A DNA stretch of 64,000 nt from Prevotella sp. Its GTDB lineage: Bacteria > Bacteroidota > Bacteroidia > Bacteroidales > Dysgonomonadaceae. Position numbers and translations under genes: made by a program. The stretch spans positions 32,001 through 96,000 of the forward strand of contig JAITVV010000095.1 of NCBI GenBank assembly GCA_031285625.1, written 5' to 3'. Below are positions 19,106 to 29,186 of this stretch, one piece after another (positions within the stretch are counted from its first letter, which is position 1; each line of letters starts with the position of its first letter). The notes beneath the pieces were generated by a model. It made no database searches. It was not told where the DNA came from and saw only the letters and a list, made by a program, of their open reading frames with translations.

Positions 19106-20176
19106 TCAGCTATCAATACTTTTATTACCTTCGAAATAAAGAGTCTGAGTAGGAAAGGCAAAATTCAAGCCGGCAGTATTAAAGGCAGAGAGAATCTCCA
19201 TATTTACATCAGAAGTGGTTTTTCCTATATCGCCTTTCTTTTCTATAAAATAAATAAATGTGATAGTAAGTGCTGAATCGGTAAAATCGGTAAAATTAAC
19301 AACCAAGTCTTTAGTAGCAACAAATTCAACTTTAGAGGGCATATCTTTTAATATATTCATCGCCTCATTCATCTTCTCGGGTGTGGTATCATAAGTCAGT
19401 CCAAGCTTAGTAACTACACGTCTCATCGGTTCGGCCGATATATTGATTATCGAAGCATCTGCTATTTTATAATTAGGAAAGGTTATAACTCTTTTATCAT
19501 AGTTTCTCATCTTAGTGCTACGGGCTCCCACATCTATTATCGTTCCCTCAAAATTGTCGATACGAATAACGTCTCCTATACTGAAAGGCCTGTCGGCAAA
19601 TATAGTAAAGGCTCCGAAGATATTTTTAATTGTGTCTTGTGCTGCCAAGGCAAAAGCAATCCCCCCAATACCCAATGTTCCAAGAAGTGCACTTATATTT
19701 ACCCCAACATTACTCAAAGCCATCACAATACCGATAAGCCATATAATTACAAGAGCCGTTCTTTTTATTACGGGCATCATGCGACTGGCATGCTTTTGTG
19801 TCCTCTGGGAATTATCTGCCCTGTTTACCCAGTATACTTCCAGTAAACTATTCACCAAACGCACAATAAACCAAGTCATATTCAATACAACTAATATCTT
19901 ATATGCGTTGTCTACCGCCCTAACAAGACCATCCGGAGCAATTAACCGATGAATAGCAATCCACAGACCTAATAAGGCTATACCAAATAAAATAGGAGAC
20001 TCTATGGCATCGTATACAATGTCATCGAGACGATTAGCTGTCTTTTTAGTAAATGCCTTAATTACTCTCTTATTAAAGAGTGAAATAAGTTTTATGATAA
20101 TGATAACAGCTACAATAATTATTATTGATATTCCCCAACTTTCTATCGAATTACCCCAGATTTCTTTTTCTAACAT
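19106..20176 (-). CDS. MscS family mechanosensitive channel
   Basis: Multiple TMs, GIGGIAFALAAQDTIKNIFG, DRPFSIGD, FAFPTQ. Confidence 0.92.
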   Translation of the reverse strand: MLEKEIWGNSIESWGISIIIIVAVIIIIKLISLFNKRVIKAFTKKTANRLDDIVYDAIESPILFGIALLGLWIAIHRLIAPDGLVRAVDNAYKILVVLNMTWFIVRLVNSLLEVYWVNRADNSQRTQKHASRMMPVIKRTALVIIWLIGIVMALSNVGVNISALLGTLGIGGIAFALAAQDTIKNIFGAFTIFADRPFSIGDVIRIDNFEGTIIDVGARSTKMRNYDKRVITFPNYKIADASIINISAEPMRRVVTKLGLTYDTTPEKMNEAMNILKDMPSKVEFVATKDLVVNFTDFTDSALTITFIYFIEKKGDIGKTTSDVNMEILSAFNTAGLNFAFPTQTLYFEGNKSIDS

Positions 20177-20312
20177 TATTATTAATATTTAGTATTCGGT
20201 ATATAAACGTTAAAAATAAGTATTTTGTTTATATGATTTCCCGTTGCTAAAATACATACTTTGTACAAGAAGTGCTATAAGGAAAGAGAATAATTGATAT
20301 ATTATGATCTTT

Positions 20313-20424
20313 TATAAAAAAGAAAAAGGTTGTCATCGCGACAACCAATCTTCATTGTTAACCTTAAATCTAATACCATGAAAAACACAGTACAAAGATA
20401 TAACTTTTTTATGTTATACAACAT
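20313..20424. repeat. Direct repeat copy 1 flanking GH78 gene
   Basis: 20313-20410 identical to 23373-23470, then ATGTTATACAACAT after a 1-nt T-run difference. Confidence 0.95.
20316..20388 (-). ncRNA. Putative small RNA, copy 1 (~73 nt)
   Basis: TATCTTTG -7 box at 20393-20400; ends in GGTTGTC-N5-GACAACC hairpin plus TTTTTCTTTTTT; ends approximate. Confidence 0.7.
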
Positions 20425-20478
20425 ATTTGATCGATTTTATTATGTTATTTAGCATATTTTAACCCATTTTCGTTCATA

Positions 20479-23199
20479 TTATTTGTTAATAAGCAGGGTA
20501 TATCTCCCTGAAGGGATTGAGAATGAAGTAGTTCCATCAACTATCTTTTCATCTTTCACGCTTGATTTTTGTCCCTTTTTTAGAGCCATACCTTTAGGTA
20601 ACAATACATCTGCCGAAGTATTAGCAGGTATCTCTATTTTCCATTCAATCTCTTCGTCACCCTTTCTCCATTCACTAGCGATCTTTCCGTATGCAGACTC
20701 ATAAGATGCGTTTATGTAATCTAATCCATCAGGAAATATAGGACTCATATTTATTTTCTTAAATCCCACAATATCTTTATCTGTACTTATTCCTGCCAGG
20801 CATTCATAATACCAGATTAAGAGATCACCAAGCAACATAACATGATTATGAGAATTCATTGCGGGATCAGCAGTATTTCCGTTCCACAGTTCCCAAATAG
20901 TAGTTGCTCCATTTTCAACCATATAGCCCCAACTTGGATAAGTACGATTTGTAGCAATCGTATAAGCAAGATCCGGCCTGCCATATTTTGTTAAACCCCG
21001 CATAAGATATCCAATCCCGACCAATCCTGTACTAACATGACTATTAAAATCATCTTCTGTTTTTCTAATAACATTGGCAAAGACTTTTTCCTGGTATTCA
21101 GGAGGAGTAAGCCCAAGCATCAGCGATAATATATTAGCTGTCACTGTATTATTTCCATATTGCCCTGTTTCTTTATTCAGGTATTTATCATTATATGCAC
21201 TCTTCATCTTGAGTGCGAGATTTTCAAACTCTTTTTGATCTGCAGTATTACCATTCAATGCTGCAAATTTGCTCATAATATGTAACAAACGATAAAAAAA
21301 AGTTGTACTTAGTATAGCACCATCGGTCTTGCGCGAAGGATCTTCCGAATGTATCAACTCCTGCCTTTCGGGAGGCATACACCAGTCACCAAAGTTATCT
21401 TTTGTCAGGATATAATCAGTCATATAATTTGAAGTCATATGATTTATCCATTTCTTCATAGACTCATAATGTTGCCTTACTGGCCGTACATCACCATATT
21501 GCTCATATAACATATTTATAGCGAAAATATATGCAGATGGCCAAGTAACATTTTCGGTACGTATATCCCAATAGTCCGGCGCAACATCCGGAATACTACC
21601 ACCTTCAAGTTGTGCATCCTCGATATCTTGTATCCATTTATCGTATAACAAAGCATTATCAAGCAAGAAGCTTTCTCCATAGCAACCTGTAGCACGGTCT
21701 CCCAACCACCCCATTCTTTCGTCACGCTGTGGACAGTCGGTTGGCATACTCCGGTAGTTTCCTATTATACCCCAATATGCATTATGAAATATTTGATTCA
21801 ACATTGTATTTGAAGAATCGAAAGTACCTACGTCGCTCATTTTATCGTAAATAACCTTTCCTGTGAAGTCTCTCTTCTGAGGTTCATAATTCAAACCTGA
21901 AATTTCGACAAACCGAAATCCATGATACGTGAAACGGGGTTCCCATACAAATTCTCCATTTGCAGCAGGTGTATAAATATCAGTTACTTTTGCCGAACGC
22001 AGATTATCCAGGTAAAGATCACCATTATCTTTCAGGCTCTCGGCAAATACCATTTTTATAGGCTTACCTTTTTCTCCTTTTAGATTAATCGCAAGCCATC
22101 CTACCATATTCTGACCCATATCGAGTATATAAGTTCCTTGCGAAGTTTTAGTTACTGATACAGGTTTGATCTCTTTCATTATCCGGATATTAGGATTACG
22201 CTGTGCGAGGAGTTTTCCACCCGGTTCATCAACGCGTGAGGCTAGTATCCAACTGCTATCATTAAAGCCATTCGTTGCCCATCCTTTAAGTTCTAGATTC
22301 GCATCATACTCTTCACCGTCAAATTCGCTATTGGCCTTGATAGGGCCTTGAGTAGTCATCTTCCATGTTTCATCACTTACTATTGTCGTCTTTTCCCCGT
22401 TTTTTCCTTCCACTTCCAGTTGCACGAGCATTTTAGGATATCCAAAATTACGTACACCTTCGTTGCGCATGCTAAAATAACGCCCATTACCAAGAATTAC
22501 CCCTATTGTATTCTCTCCTTCAGATAGTAAATCTGACACATCATAAGTATTATAATTTACATGTTTTGTATAATCAGTTGCTGTTGGAGCAAAGACATCA
22601 TCCCCTACCTTGTGTCCATTAATATAACATTCGTAAAAACCAAGCCCTGTAATATAAATTTTTGCTTTGGTAATATTTGATGGAATATTGAACTCCTTAC
22701 GCAAATACCGTGCGGCCAGACGGGTATCACCTTCTAAGCGATCACTTTCATTCATAGATTTATCCAATCCAATCCATTTAGCTTTCCAATCATTATCAGT
22801 AAGCGCCATTGTCCAGCTATTGATTTCACTCCATGCTGACTCTCCTTTATTAGTCCATACCTTTACTTTCCAGTAATAGGTCTTACGTGACTCTAAAGGT
22901 TTTCCCTGATATCTAATGAATATAGAATTATCTGAAGATGTTTTACCCGAGTTCCATAACAGTTTTTGCTGATTATTGAGATCAGTTACAGATTCAGCTA
23001 CTATTATTTGGTAAGCACTCTGTCTTATATCGGACATATCAGTATCAATTTGCCACATGAAACGAGGTTGCTGGATATCTATCCCGAATGGATTAACTTT
23101 CATTTCTGTACGCAGCTTTTTAAGATGTATTCCTGATGAAGCATTTATAGCTATACATGATACAAATAAAAAAATGGTGATGTAGATTAATTTTCTCAT
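20479..23199 (-). CDS. GH78 alpha-L-rhamnosidase
   Basis: Signal peptide, DMGQNMVGW, PTDCPQRDERMGWLGD, GATTIWELW, SHNHVMLLG. Confidence 0.93.
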   Translation of the reverse strand: MRKLIYITIFLFVSCIAINASSGIHLKKLRTEMKVNPFGIDIQQPRFMWQIDTDMSDIRQSAYQIIVAESVTDLNNQQKLLWNSGKTSSDNSIFIRYQGKPLESRKTYYWKVKVWTNKGESAWSEINSWTMALTDNDWKAKWIGLDKSMNESDRLEGDTRLAARYLRKEFNIPSNITKAKIYITGLGFYECYINGHKVGDDVFAPTATDYTKHVNYNTYDVSDLLSEGENTIGVILGNGRYFSMRNEGVRNFGYPKMLVQLEVEGKNGEKTTIVSDETWKMTTQGPIKANSEFDGEEYDANLELKGWATNGFNDSSWILASRVDEPGGKLLAQRNPNIRIMKEIKPVSVTKTSQGTYILDMGQNMVGWLAINLKGEKGKPIKMVFAESLKDNGDLYLDNLRSAKVTDIYTPAANGEFVWEPRFTYHGFRFVEISGLNYEPQKRDFTGKVIYDKMSDVGTFDSSNTMLNQIFHNAYWGIIGNYRSMPTDCPQRDERMGWLGDRATGCYGESFLLDNALLYDKWIQDIEDAQLEGGSIPDVAPDYWDIRTENVTWPSAYIFAINMLYEQYGDVRPVRQHYESMKKWINHMTSNYMTDYILTKDNFGDWCMPPERQELIHSEDPSRKTDGAILSTTFFYRLLHIMSKFAALNGNTADQKEFENLALKMKSAYNDKYLNKETGQYGNNTVTANILSLMLGLTPPEYQEKVFANVIRKTEDDFNSHVSTGLVGIGYLMRGLTKYGRPDLAYTIATNRTYPSWGYMVENGATTIWELWNGNTADPAMNSHNHVMLLGDLLIWYYECLAGISTDKDIVGFKKINMSPIFPDGLDYINASYESAYGKIASEWRKGDEEIEWKIEIPANTSADVLLPKGMALKKGQKSSVKDEKIVDGTTSFSIPSGRYTLLINK

Positions 23200-23372
23200 G
23201 GACTTAATAATATAAGGTTATTCTTAAAGGATATCGATTCTTAAACCGAAAGCATAAAAATATCCTTTATTATGTTCAATTATAATGAACTATTTGATAA
23301 GATTAATTGAGAAAATGATTTTTTTCAACTGAAATGTCAAAACATTATTACTTTTTGGTGAAACTGAACTTA

Positions 23373-23485
23373 TATAAAAAAGAAAAAGGTTGTCATCGCG
23401 ACAACCAATCTTCATTGTTAACCTTAAATCTAATACCATGAAAAACACAGTACAAAGATATAACTTTTTTTATGTTATACAACAT
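23373..23485. repeat. Direct repeat copy 2 flanking GH78 gene
   Basis: Offset 3060 bp from copy 1. Confidence 0.95.
23376..23448 (-). ncRNA. Putative small RNA, copy 2 (identical to copy 1)
   Basis: TATCTTTG at 23453-23460; same terminator hairpin and U tract. Confidence 0.7.
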
Positions 23486-23527
23486 GTTTCAATGCTTTTA
23501 TATTTAATTTTAATATAATTTAACTAA

Positions 23528-24784
23528 TTAATCACTATCCGGTAAGTCTTTTTGAGCTTTAATTCCCAGTTCCTTAAGCATTTCGGCTTGACGTATCAGA
23601 TTCCCATTTCCATCTTTCAGTTGAGAAAAAGCTTTTTCGTATGCTTTCTGCGAACGGTCAATATTTTTTCCTACATCCTGCAAAGTTTCTACAAATCCGG
23701 CAAACTTATCATAGAGCGCTGCTCCTCGTTTCGCTATTTCAAGAGCATTGCGGCTCTGGTATTCACGCTTCCATAAGTCAGCTACAACTTTTAGCGATGC
23801 TATCAGATTAGTAGGACTTATCAATAAAATACGCTTTCTGTATGCATAATCCCATAAAGTAGAGTCCAGCTGCATAGCTAAGATGTATGCCGGTTCGTTA
23901 GGTATAAACATCATTACAAAATCCAGGGATTCAATATAATCCTGATATGATTTCGCACTCAGCTCATCAATATGTTGCTTTACAGATATAATATGCTCTT
24001 TCTCTGCTACTATTTTCTGTTCATCTGTCTCTGACTCCACATATCTTACATATGCACTTAAAGACACTTTAGAATCAATAATTATCTTACGTCCACCAGG
24101 ATAAACAATAATAACATCAGGTTGCATATATTTATTCTCATCATTCAATATACGCTTACCATTGATATCTGTCAGAAAATCCTGTGTAAAATACTCCTCC
24201 CCCTTCTTTAATCCCGATTTTTCAAGGATGGATTCAAGTATCATTTCACCCCAGTTACCCTGAATTTTGCTATTTCCTTTCAATGCTTTCGTCAGATTAT
24301 TAGCATCCTCACTTATCTGATTATTTAGTGCGACAAGATCTTTGATACGTTCTTCCAATGAAAAACGCTGTTTTGACTCTTTATCATAGGTTTCTTCTAC
24401 TTTCGCCTTAAACTCTACCAACTTTTCATTCAATGGCTTGAGTATAGCTTCAATATTAGATTTATTTATATCAGTAAAACGAAGAGTCTTTTCTTCGAGA
24501 ATCTGATTAGCCAGAATTTGAAAATCTTTATTCAATTGGTTTCGTGTGTTCAGCAATTCCTCTTGTTGAACATGCAACTGATCTTCTTTTGATTGAACCA
24601 AAGCTTCTAATTGAGCTATTTCACGGATGGCTTTTATTTGAATTTGTTGCAAGGTTTGTTTTTCTGAAGATAGACGATTGATTGTATCCTTTAAATCACC
24701 CTCCTTCTGTTTACTTGACTTTTGAATAAAAGAGATGACAACAATAGCCAGAACCAGCATGATACCAGCATAAACTAATTCCAT
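23528..24784 (-). CDS. rmuC: DNA recombination protein RmuC
   Basis: N-terminal TM, coiled coil, QGNWGEMILE, PDV..IIDSKVSL, DFVMMFIPNE; start at MELVY. Confidence 0.92.
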   Translation of the reverse strand: MELVYAGIMLVLAIVVISFIQKSSKQKEGDLKDTINRLSSEKQTLQQIQIKAIREIAQLEALVQSKEDQLHVQQEELLNTRNQLNKDFQILANQILEEKTLRFTDINKSNIEAILKPLNEKLVEFKAKVEETYDKESKQRFSLEERIKDLVALNNQISEDANNLTKALKGNSKIQGNWGEMILESILEKSGLKKGEEYFTQDFLTDINGKRILNDENKYMQPDVIIVYPGGRKIIIDSKVSLSAYVRYVESETDEQKIVAEKEHIISVKQHIDELSAKSYQDYIESLDFVMMFIPNEPAYILAMQLDSTLWDYAYRKRILLISPTNLIASLKVVADLWKREYQSRNALEIAKRGAALYDKFAGFVETLQDVGKNIDRSQKAYEKAFSQLKDGNGNLIRQAEMLKELGIKAQKDLPDSD

Positions 24785-24903
24785 ATAGATTTGTTTTAAA
24801 AGAAATGGAAAGTTATTTAAAAATATCACCTTTAACAAAATTTGCCAGAAAAAACTTGTGAACATTCGTACTCAAAGATATTTTTACCAAATAATTTCAG
24901 ACA

Positions 24904-25248
24904 GTGAAGATAATATATAGTAAGAACTTTCCACCTAAAGAATTTGGAGCCATCAATCTGTTTGGTCTAATAATTGTACGCAAGGATTATGGTGGACTTA
25001 CAGATGCTGAGAAGAATCATGAACTCATCCATACCAGACAAATGCTGGAAATGCTTATTATATTCTTTTATCTAAGTTACGTAATAGAATGGTTGATTCG
25101 TCTGATGCAATATAAGAATAGGTTAAAAGCATATGAGAATATATCATATGAAAGGGAAGCGTATAGTTGTATGTATGATCCTACTTATTTAAAGAATAGA
25201 AATATATTTGCTTTCAGGCATTATTATAAAGAAAGGAAAGAAAAATGA
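24904..25248 (+). CDS. Hypothetical HExxH protein (putative small metallopeptidase)
   Basis: NHELIHTRQ, TM segment, ISYEREAY; GTG start; 4-nt overlap with msrAB. Confidence 0.65.
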   Translation: MKIIYSKNFPPKEFGAINLFGLIIVRKDYGGLTDAEKNHELIHTRQMLEMLIIFFYLSYVIEWLIRLMQYKNRLKAYENISYEREAYSCMYDPTYLKNRNIFAFRHYYKERKEK

Positions 25249-26180
25249 AGCAATTAATGTATATACTTTGTATTGCCCTGATGAGTATATCATGTGCGCA
25301 AAGTCAAAATAAACCTAAACAAGAAAATATGAAATATAATCAACTTACACCCGAAGAAGAACGGGTAATCCTGCATAAAGGGACAGAAGCTCCATACACA
25401 GGGGAATATACCAATAATAAAAGAAGTGGTACATATGTCTGCAAAAGGTGCAATGCACCACTATATAAGTCATCAGATAAATTTGATTCACATTGTGGAT
25501 GGCCATCTTTCGATGATGAAATTAAAGGAGCTGTCAAACGGGTTCCTGATGCAGATGGCAGGCGTACTGAAATTATTTGTGCCAACTGTGGTGCACATTT
25601 AGGTCACGTATTCTTAGACGAGGGATTTACTGCTAAAGAAACCCGTCATTGCGTTAATTCAATATCTTTAAAATTTATACCAGAAGAAAATAAAATGATT
25701 AAGAAAGCTTATTTTGCCTCAGGCTGCTTTTGGGGCACAGAATACTATTTTATGAAAGCCGCAGGAATAGCCCACACAGCCGTAGGTTTTATGGGTGGAC
25801 ATGTCGATCATCCTACTTATGAACAAGTATGTCAGAAAAATACCGGCCATCTGGAAACTACAGAAGTAGAGTATGACACTTCTAAAACATCCTATGAGGA
25901 ATTAGTCAAACTTTTCTTCGAAACGCACGATTTTACGCAAACAAACGGTCAAGGCCCAGATATAGGTCCCCAATATTTATCTTGCATATTTTATTCTGAT
26001 GAAACTGAAAAAGAAATAGCTCAGAAGTATATCTCTATATTACAGAGCAAAGGATATAAGGTAGCAACCATGCTAAAACCCATATCTACATTTTGGAAGG
26101 CTGAAGACTATCACCAACAGTATTATGAGCACAAAGGTACAACTCCTTATTGCCATGTATATAAAAAGATATTTGATTAG
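25245..26180 (+). CDS. msrAB: Bifunctional methionine sulfoxide reductase MsrB/MsrA, lipoprotein-like signal
   Basis: GWPSF, HLGHVF, RHCVNS (MsrB); GCFWG, AEDYHQQY (MsrA). Confidence 0.93.
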   Translation: MKQLMYILCIALMSISCAQSQNKPKQENMKYNQLTPEEERVILHKGTEAPYTGEYTNNKRSGTYVCKRCNAPLYKSSDKFDSHCGWPSFDDEIKGAVKRVPDADGRRTEIICANCGAHLGHVFLDEGFTAKETRHCVNSISLKFIPEENKMIKKAYFASGCFWGTEYYFMKAAGIAHTAVGFMGGHVDHPTYEQVCQKNTGHLETTEVEYDTSKTSYEELVKLFFETHDFTQTNGQGPDIGPQYLSCIFYSDETEKEIAQKYISILQSKGYKVATMLKPISTFWKAEDYHQQYYEHKGTTPYCHVYKKIFD

Positions 26181-26315
26181 CAGAATTAACTGTATCAGTA
26201 CCTATTATTAAAATAAGTATAATTTAAAGAGAATTAATTATCATATTTAAGGTATTCATACTATTTTTGTGCCTTAACTAAAAAAATAATAAGTATCAAA
26301 CTAAATTGATTTTTT

Positions 26316-26738
26316 ATGCTTAAAACAATTTTATCTGTTTCAGGTAAGCCAGGTCTTTACAAATTAATTTCGAATAGTAAGAATATGGTAATTGTAGAGT
26401 CTGTAGTAGACAGTAAAAAAGTGCCTATACATGCACGAGATAAAGTCGTTTCTCTTGGTGATATCTCCATATATACAGAAACTGATGATATTCCTCTCAG
26501 GGAAATCCTAATCTCCATCAAAAATAAGGAGAATGGAGCCAAAGCGTCAATCAACACAAGTGCAAAACCTGAGGAACTAAAAAAATACTTTCAAGAAATA
26601 CTTCCTGATTTCGACAGAGACCGTGTATACCCAACGGATATTAAGAAAATAATAAGCTGGTACAATATCTTAACTGAAGCCGGGCTTGACTACGAAAAGG
26701 AAGAAGTGAGTAATGAAGAAATAAAAGAGGCAGAATAA
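26316..26738 (+). CDS. DUF5606-like conserved Bacteroidetes protein
   Basis: ILSVSGKPGLYKL, LGDISIYT, DRVYPTDIKKI.SWYN. Confidence 0.8.
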   Translation: MLKTILSVSGKPGLYKLISNSKNMVIVESVVDSKKVPIHARDKVVSLGDISIYTETDDIPLREILISIKNKENGAKASINTSAKPEELKKYFQEILPDFDRDRVYPTDIKKIISWYNILTEAGLDYEKEEVSNEEIKEAE

Positions 26739-26754
26739 ACCGGATACAATAAAG

Positions 26755-26789
26755 AAAAAGCTGGACATTATTAAATGTCCAGCTTTTTT
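26755..26789 (+). terminator. Intrinsic terminator
   Basis: AAAAAGCTGGACATT-loop-AATGTCCAGCTTTTTT. Confidence 0.8.
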
Positions 26790-26833
26790 ATTTCGCTATT
26801 AATTCAGCTATTTTATTTTAAAGAGTGTTTTAT

Positions 26834-26861
26834 AAAAAAGAGTGGAATGAATCCACTCTTT
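26834..26861 (-). terminator. Intrinsic terminator of OmpA-family gene
   Basis: AAAGAGTGGA-ATGAA-TCCACTCTTT hairpin with A run. Confidence 0.75.
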
Positions 26862-26880
26862 CCTATTTCAACAGCTGATA

Positions 26881-28035
26881 TTATTCAGCAAAGAAGATTG
26901 CAACACGGTTCCATGCATTTTCAGCATATGGTTGTTCAGTATCACCTTTCCATTCAACTTTAACGCGATTGCTGTTAATGTTGTATTTGTTGATCAACGC
27001 ATTAGCAACATTTTTAGCACGTTTTTCAGAAAGTTTCTGGTTGATAGAAGCTGTACCAGTTTTCTTGTCAGCATAACCTACGATCTTAACATTTTTGCTA
27101 GGATTATCTTGTAGATATTTAGCTGTGTTGAAAATGCTAACTTCTTGGTTTTTGTCAATAACTGCACTACCTAAACGGAAGAATACTACGTTAGAAACAA
27201 ATGTTTTAGCTTCAACCTTTTGTGGTTCTGGACACTTAGGACAATCTGGACATTTAGGTTGGTCAACTTTTCTGTTTCTCAAAGCTTCATTTTCTTGACG
27301 AAGTTTGTTGATCTGACCATTAAGATCATCAAGAAGACCTTGATCCATCAACAATGCTTCAGAGAAGTCAGTTTTGCTACCTAGTTTGAATACTAAACTA
27401 GCAGAAGCACCAACTAAACCATCATAAGTTCCACTACCGCTATGGTTGAATCCTTCTTTAAGCAAAGCTGCAGATAGATCGATATCCAAAGCTACTCTGC
27501 TAGAGATTCTGAATTTGTTAATCAAACCACCATTAATAGTGAAGTTTCTTTGTTTTCCACCAGGATGAGTTGCACCATTCATCTTATAGTCCCATCCAAA
27601 GCCAAATCCAACTCCTAAATAAGGGATTAAGCTATAAACACGAGTTTCGCTATATTTTCCAAGATAGTTAGTAACATCAAACATTGCATCAACTTCACCC
27701 ATTACATATTTGTTATGTAACATGCTAGCAGCATCTTTAGTAAAATTGTGTAATGATCCACCTTGTACTTTCAAACGAGCTCCTAAGTACGGATTGTACC
27801 ATTTACCAACTTGTACAGTTGGAGCAACAGTCATACGGTTTAGGAAATCTGCATCTCCATTTTTATCTCCGATAACCATGTTAGCGCCGGCACCGACTCC
27901 AACAAACCAGTTATCCCAAAAACCGTTACGCGCAAAAGTTGCATTACGACCTTCTCTTGTACTAAATCCGCTTGTTTGAGCGAATGTAGTCATAGCCGCA
28001 AAAACTAAAACTAAAAGTAAACTTACTTTTTTCAT
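26881..28035 (-). CDS. OmpA family outer-membrane protein (Omp40/41-like)
   Basis: Signal peptide, beta-barrel, CPDCPKCPEP linker, GYAD..TG...N..LSEKRA..V, WNRV. Confidence 0.92.
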   Translation of the reverse strand: MKKVSLLLVLVFAAMTTFAQTSGFSTREGRNATFARNGFWDNWFVGVGAGANMVIGDKNGDADFLNRMTVAPTVQVGKWYNPYLGARLKVQGGSLHNFTKDAASMLHNKYVMGEVDAMFDVTNYLGKYSETRVYSLIPYLGVGFGFGWDYKMNGATHPGGKQRNFTINGGLINKFRISSRVALDIDLSAALLKEGFNHSGSGTYDGLVGASASLVFKLGSKTDFSEALLMDQGLLDDLNGQINKLRQENEALRNRKVDQPKCPDCPKCPEPQKVEAKTFVSNVVFFRLGSAVIDKNQEVSIFNTAKYLQDNPSKNVKIVGYADKKTGTASINQKLSEKRAKNVANALINKYNINSNRVKVEWKGDTEQPYAENAWNRVAIFFAE

Positions 28036-28076
28036 AATCAATCTTTTAAATTATAATTAAACACTCTCTTTTATTC

Positions 28077-29171
28077 TTACTTATATTCAGTATACCATGT
28101 ATACATCTTTTTTAAACCATCTTCTATATTGATACTGTGTTTCCAGCCTAAAGAATTAAGTTTCGACACATCAGATAATTTTCGCATAGTACCATCAGGT
28201 TTATCTGTATTAAACCATAATTGCCCAGAAAATCCAACTATTTCCTTAATCAAATCAGCAACATTTTTTATCGAAATTTCAATACCAGTACCAATATTAA
28301 TGTGGGTATTGCGAATTTCCTTATCTTGTATAACATCAGTTAAGTCCAAAAAGTTTACTGATTCCATCACAAAAACGGTTGCATCACCCATTTCCTGACT
28401 CCACAGGAATTCTCTCATCGGTTTTCCAGATCCCCATAATTCAACCTGAACTGTGTCCCCTAACTTTTTCACTCCATATTTACTAAGTACATCAAGTATC
28501 TGGGATTCGGAAGAATTACCTGAAACATCCTCAATAGGACGAACATTTAGATCTTTCTTAATAATATTCCATGCATTCGTTTCTAAACATTTTCCTAAAT
28601 GAATTTTACGAAGCATCGCGGGCAATACATGCGAAGTTTCCAGGTTGAAATTATCATTTGGGCCATATAAATTTGTCGGCATTACAGCTATAAAATTAGT
28701 CCCATACTGGAGATTATAGCTCTCACACATTTTCAGACCTGAAATTTTTGCTATCGCATAAGGCTCGTTTGTATATTCTAAAGGCCCTGTCAACAAAGCA
28801 TTTTCATTCATTGGCTGAGGTGCCTCTTTAGGGTATATACAAGAACTCCCCAAAAATACTAATTTTTTCACTTTATTCACATATGATTGATGAATAACAT
28901 TGCTTTGTATCATCAAATTCTCATATATAAATTGTCCTCTATATGTATTATTAGCCACAATACCACCAACCTTTGCTGCTGCAAGAAATACATATTCCGG
29001 CTTTTCTTTTTCAAAAAAATCAGCAACAGCCACTTGATCCATAAGGTCAAGTTCTTTGTGGGTTCTTAATACAAAATTCGAATACCCTTTATCCTCAAGA
29101 CTTTTAAGAATCGCAGAACCAACCAAACCTCTGTGGCCAGCTATAAATATTTTAGCGTCCTTTTTTATCAT
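28077..29171 (-). CDS. fcl: GDP-L-fucose synthase
   Basis: AGHRGLVGSA, AAAKVGGI, LGSSCIYPK, YAIAK, SHVLPA. Confidence 0.95.
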   Translation of the reverse strand: MIKKDAKIFIAGHRGLVGSAILKSLEDKGYSNFVLRTHKELDLMDQVAVADFFEKEKPEYVFLAAAKVGGIVANNTYRGQFIYENLMIQSNVIHQSYVNKVKKLVFLGSSCIYPKEAPQPMNENALLTGPLEYTNEPYAIAKISGLKMCESYNLQYGTNFIAVMPTNLYGPNDNFNLETSHVLPAMLRKIHLGKCLETNAWNIIKKDLNVRPIEDVSGNSSESQILDVLSKYGVKKLGDTVQVELWGSGKPMREFLWSQEMGDATVFVMESVNFLDLTDVIQDKEIRNTHINIGTGIEISIKNVADLIKEIVGFSGQLWFNTDKPDGTMRKLSDVSKLNSLGWKHSINIEDGLKKMYTWYTEYK

Positions 29172-29186
29172 TAATTTTTAATCTCC

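Noticed and set aside
20378-20452. Plus-strand small ORF MKNTVQRYNFF... inside the direct repeats
   Set aside because: The two copies change frame at the T run and diverge; promoter and terminator point to the minus strand
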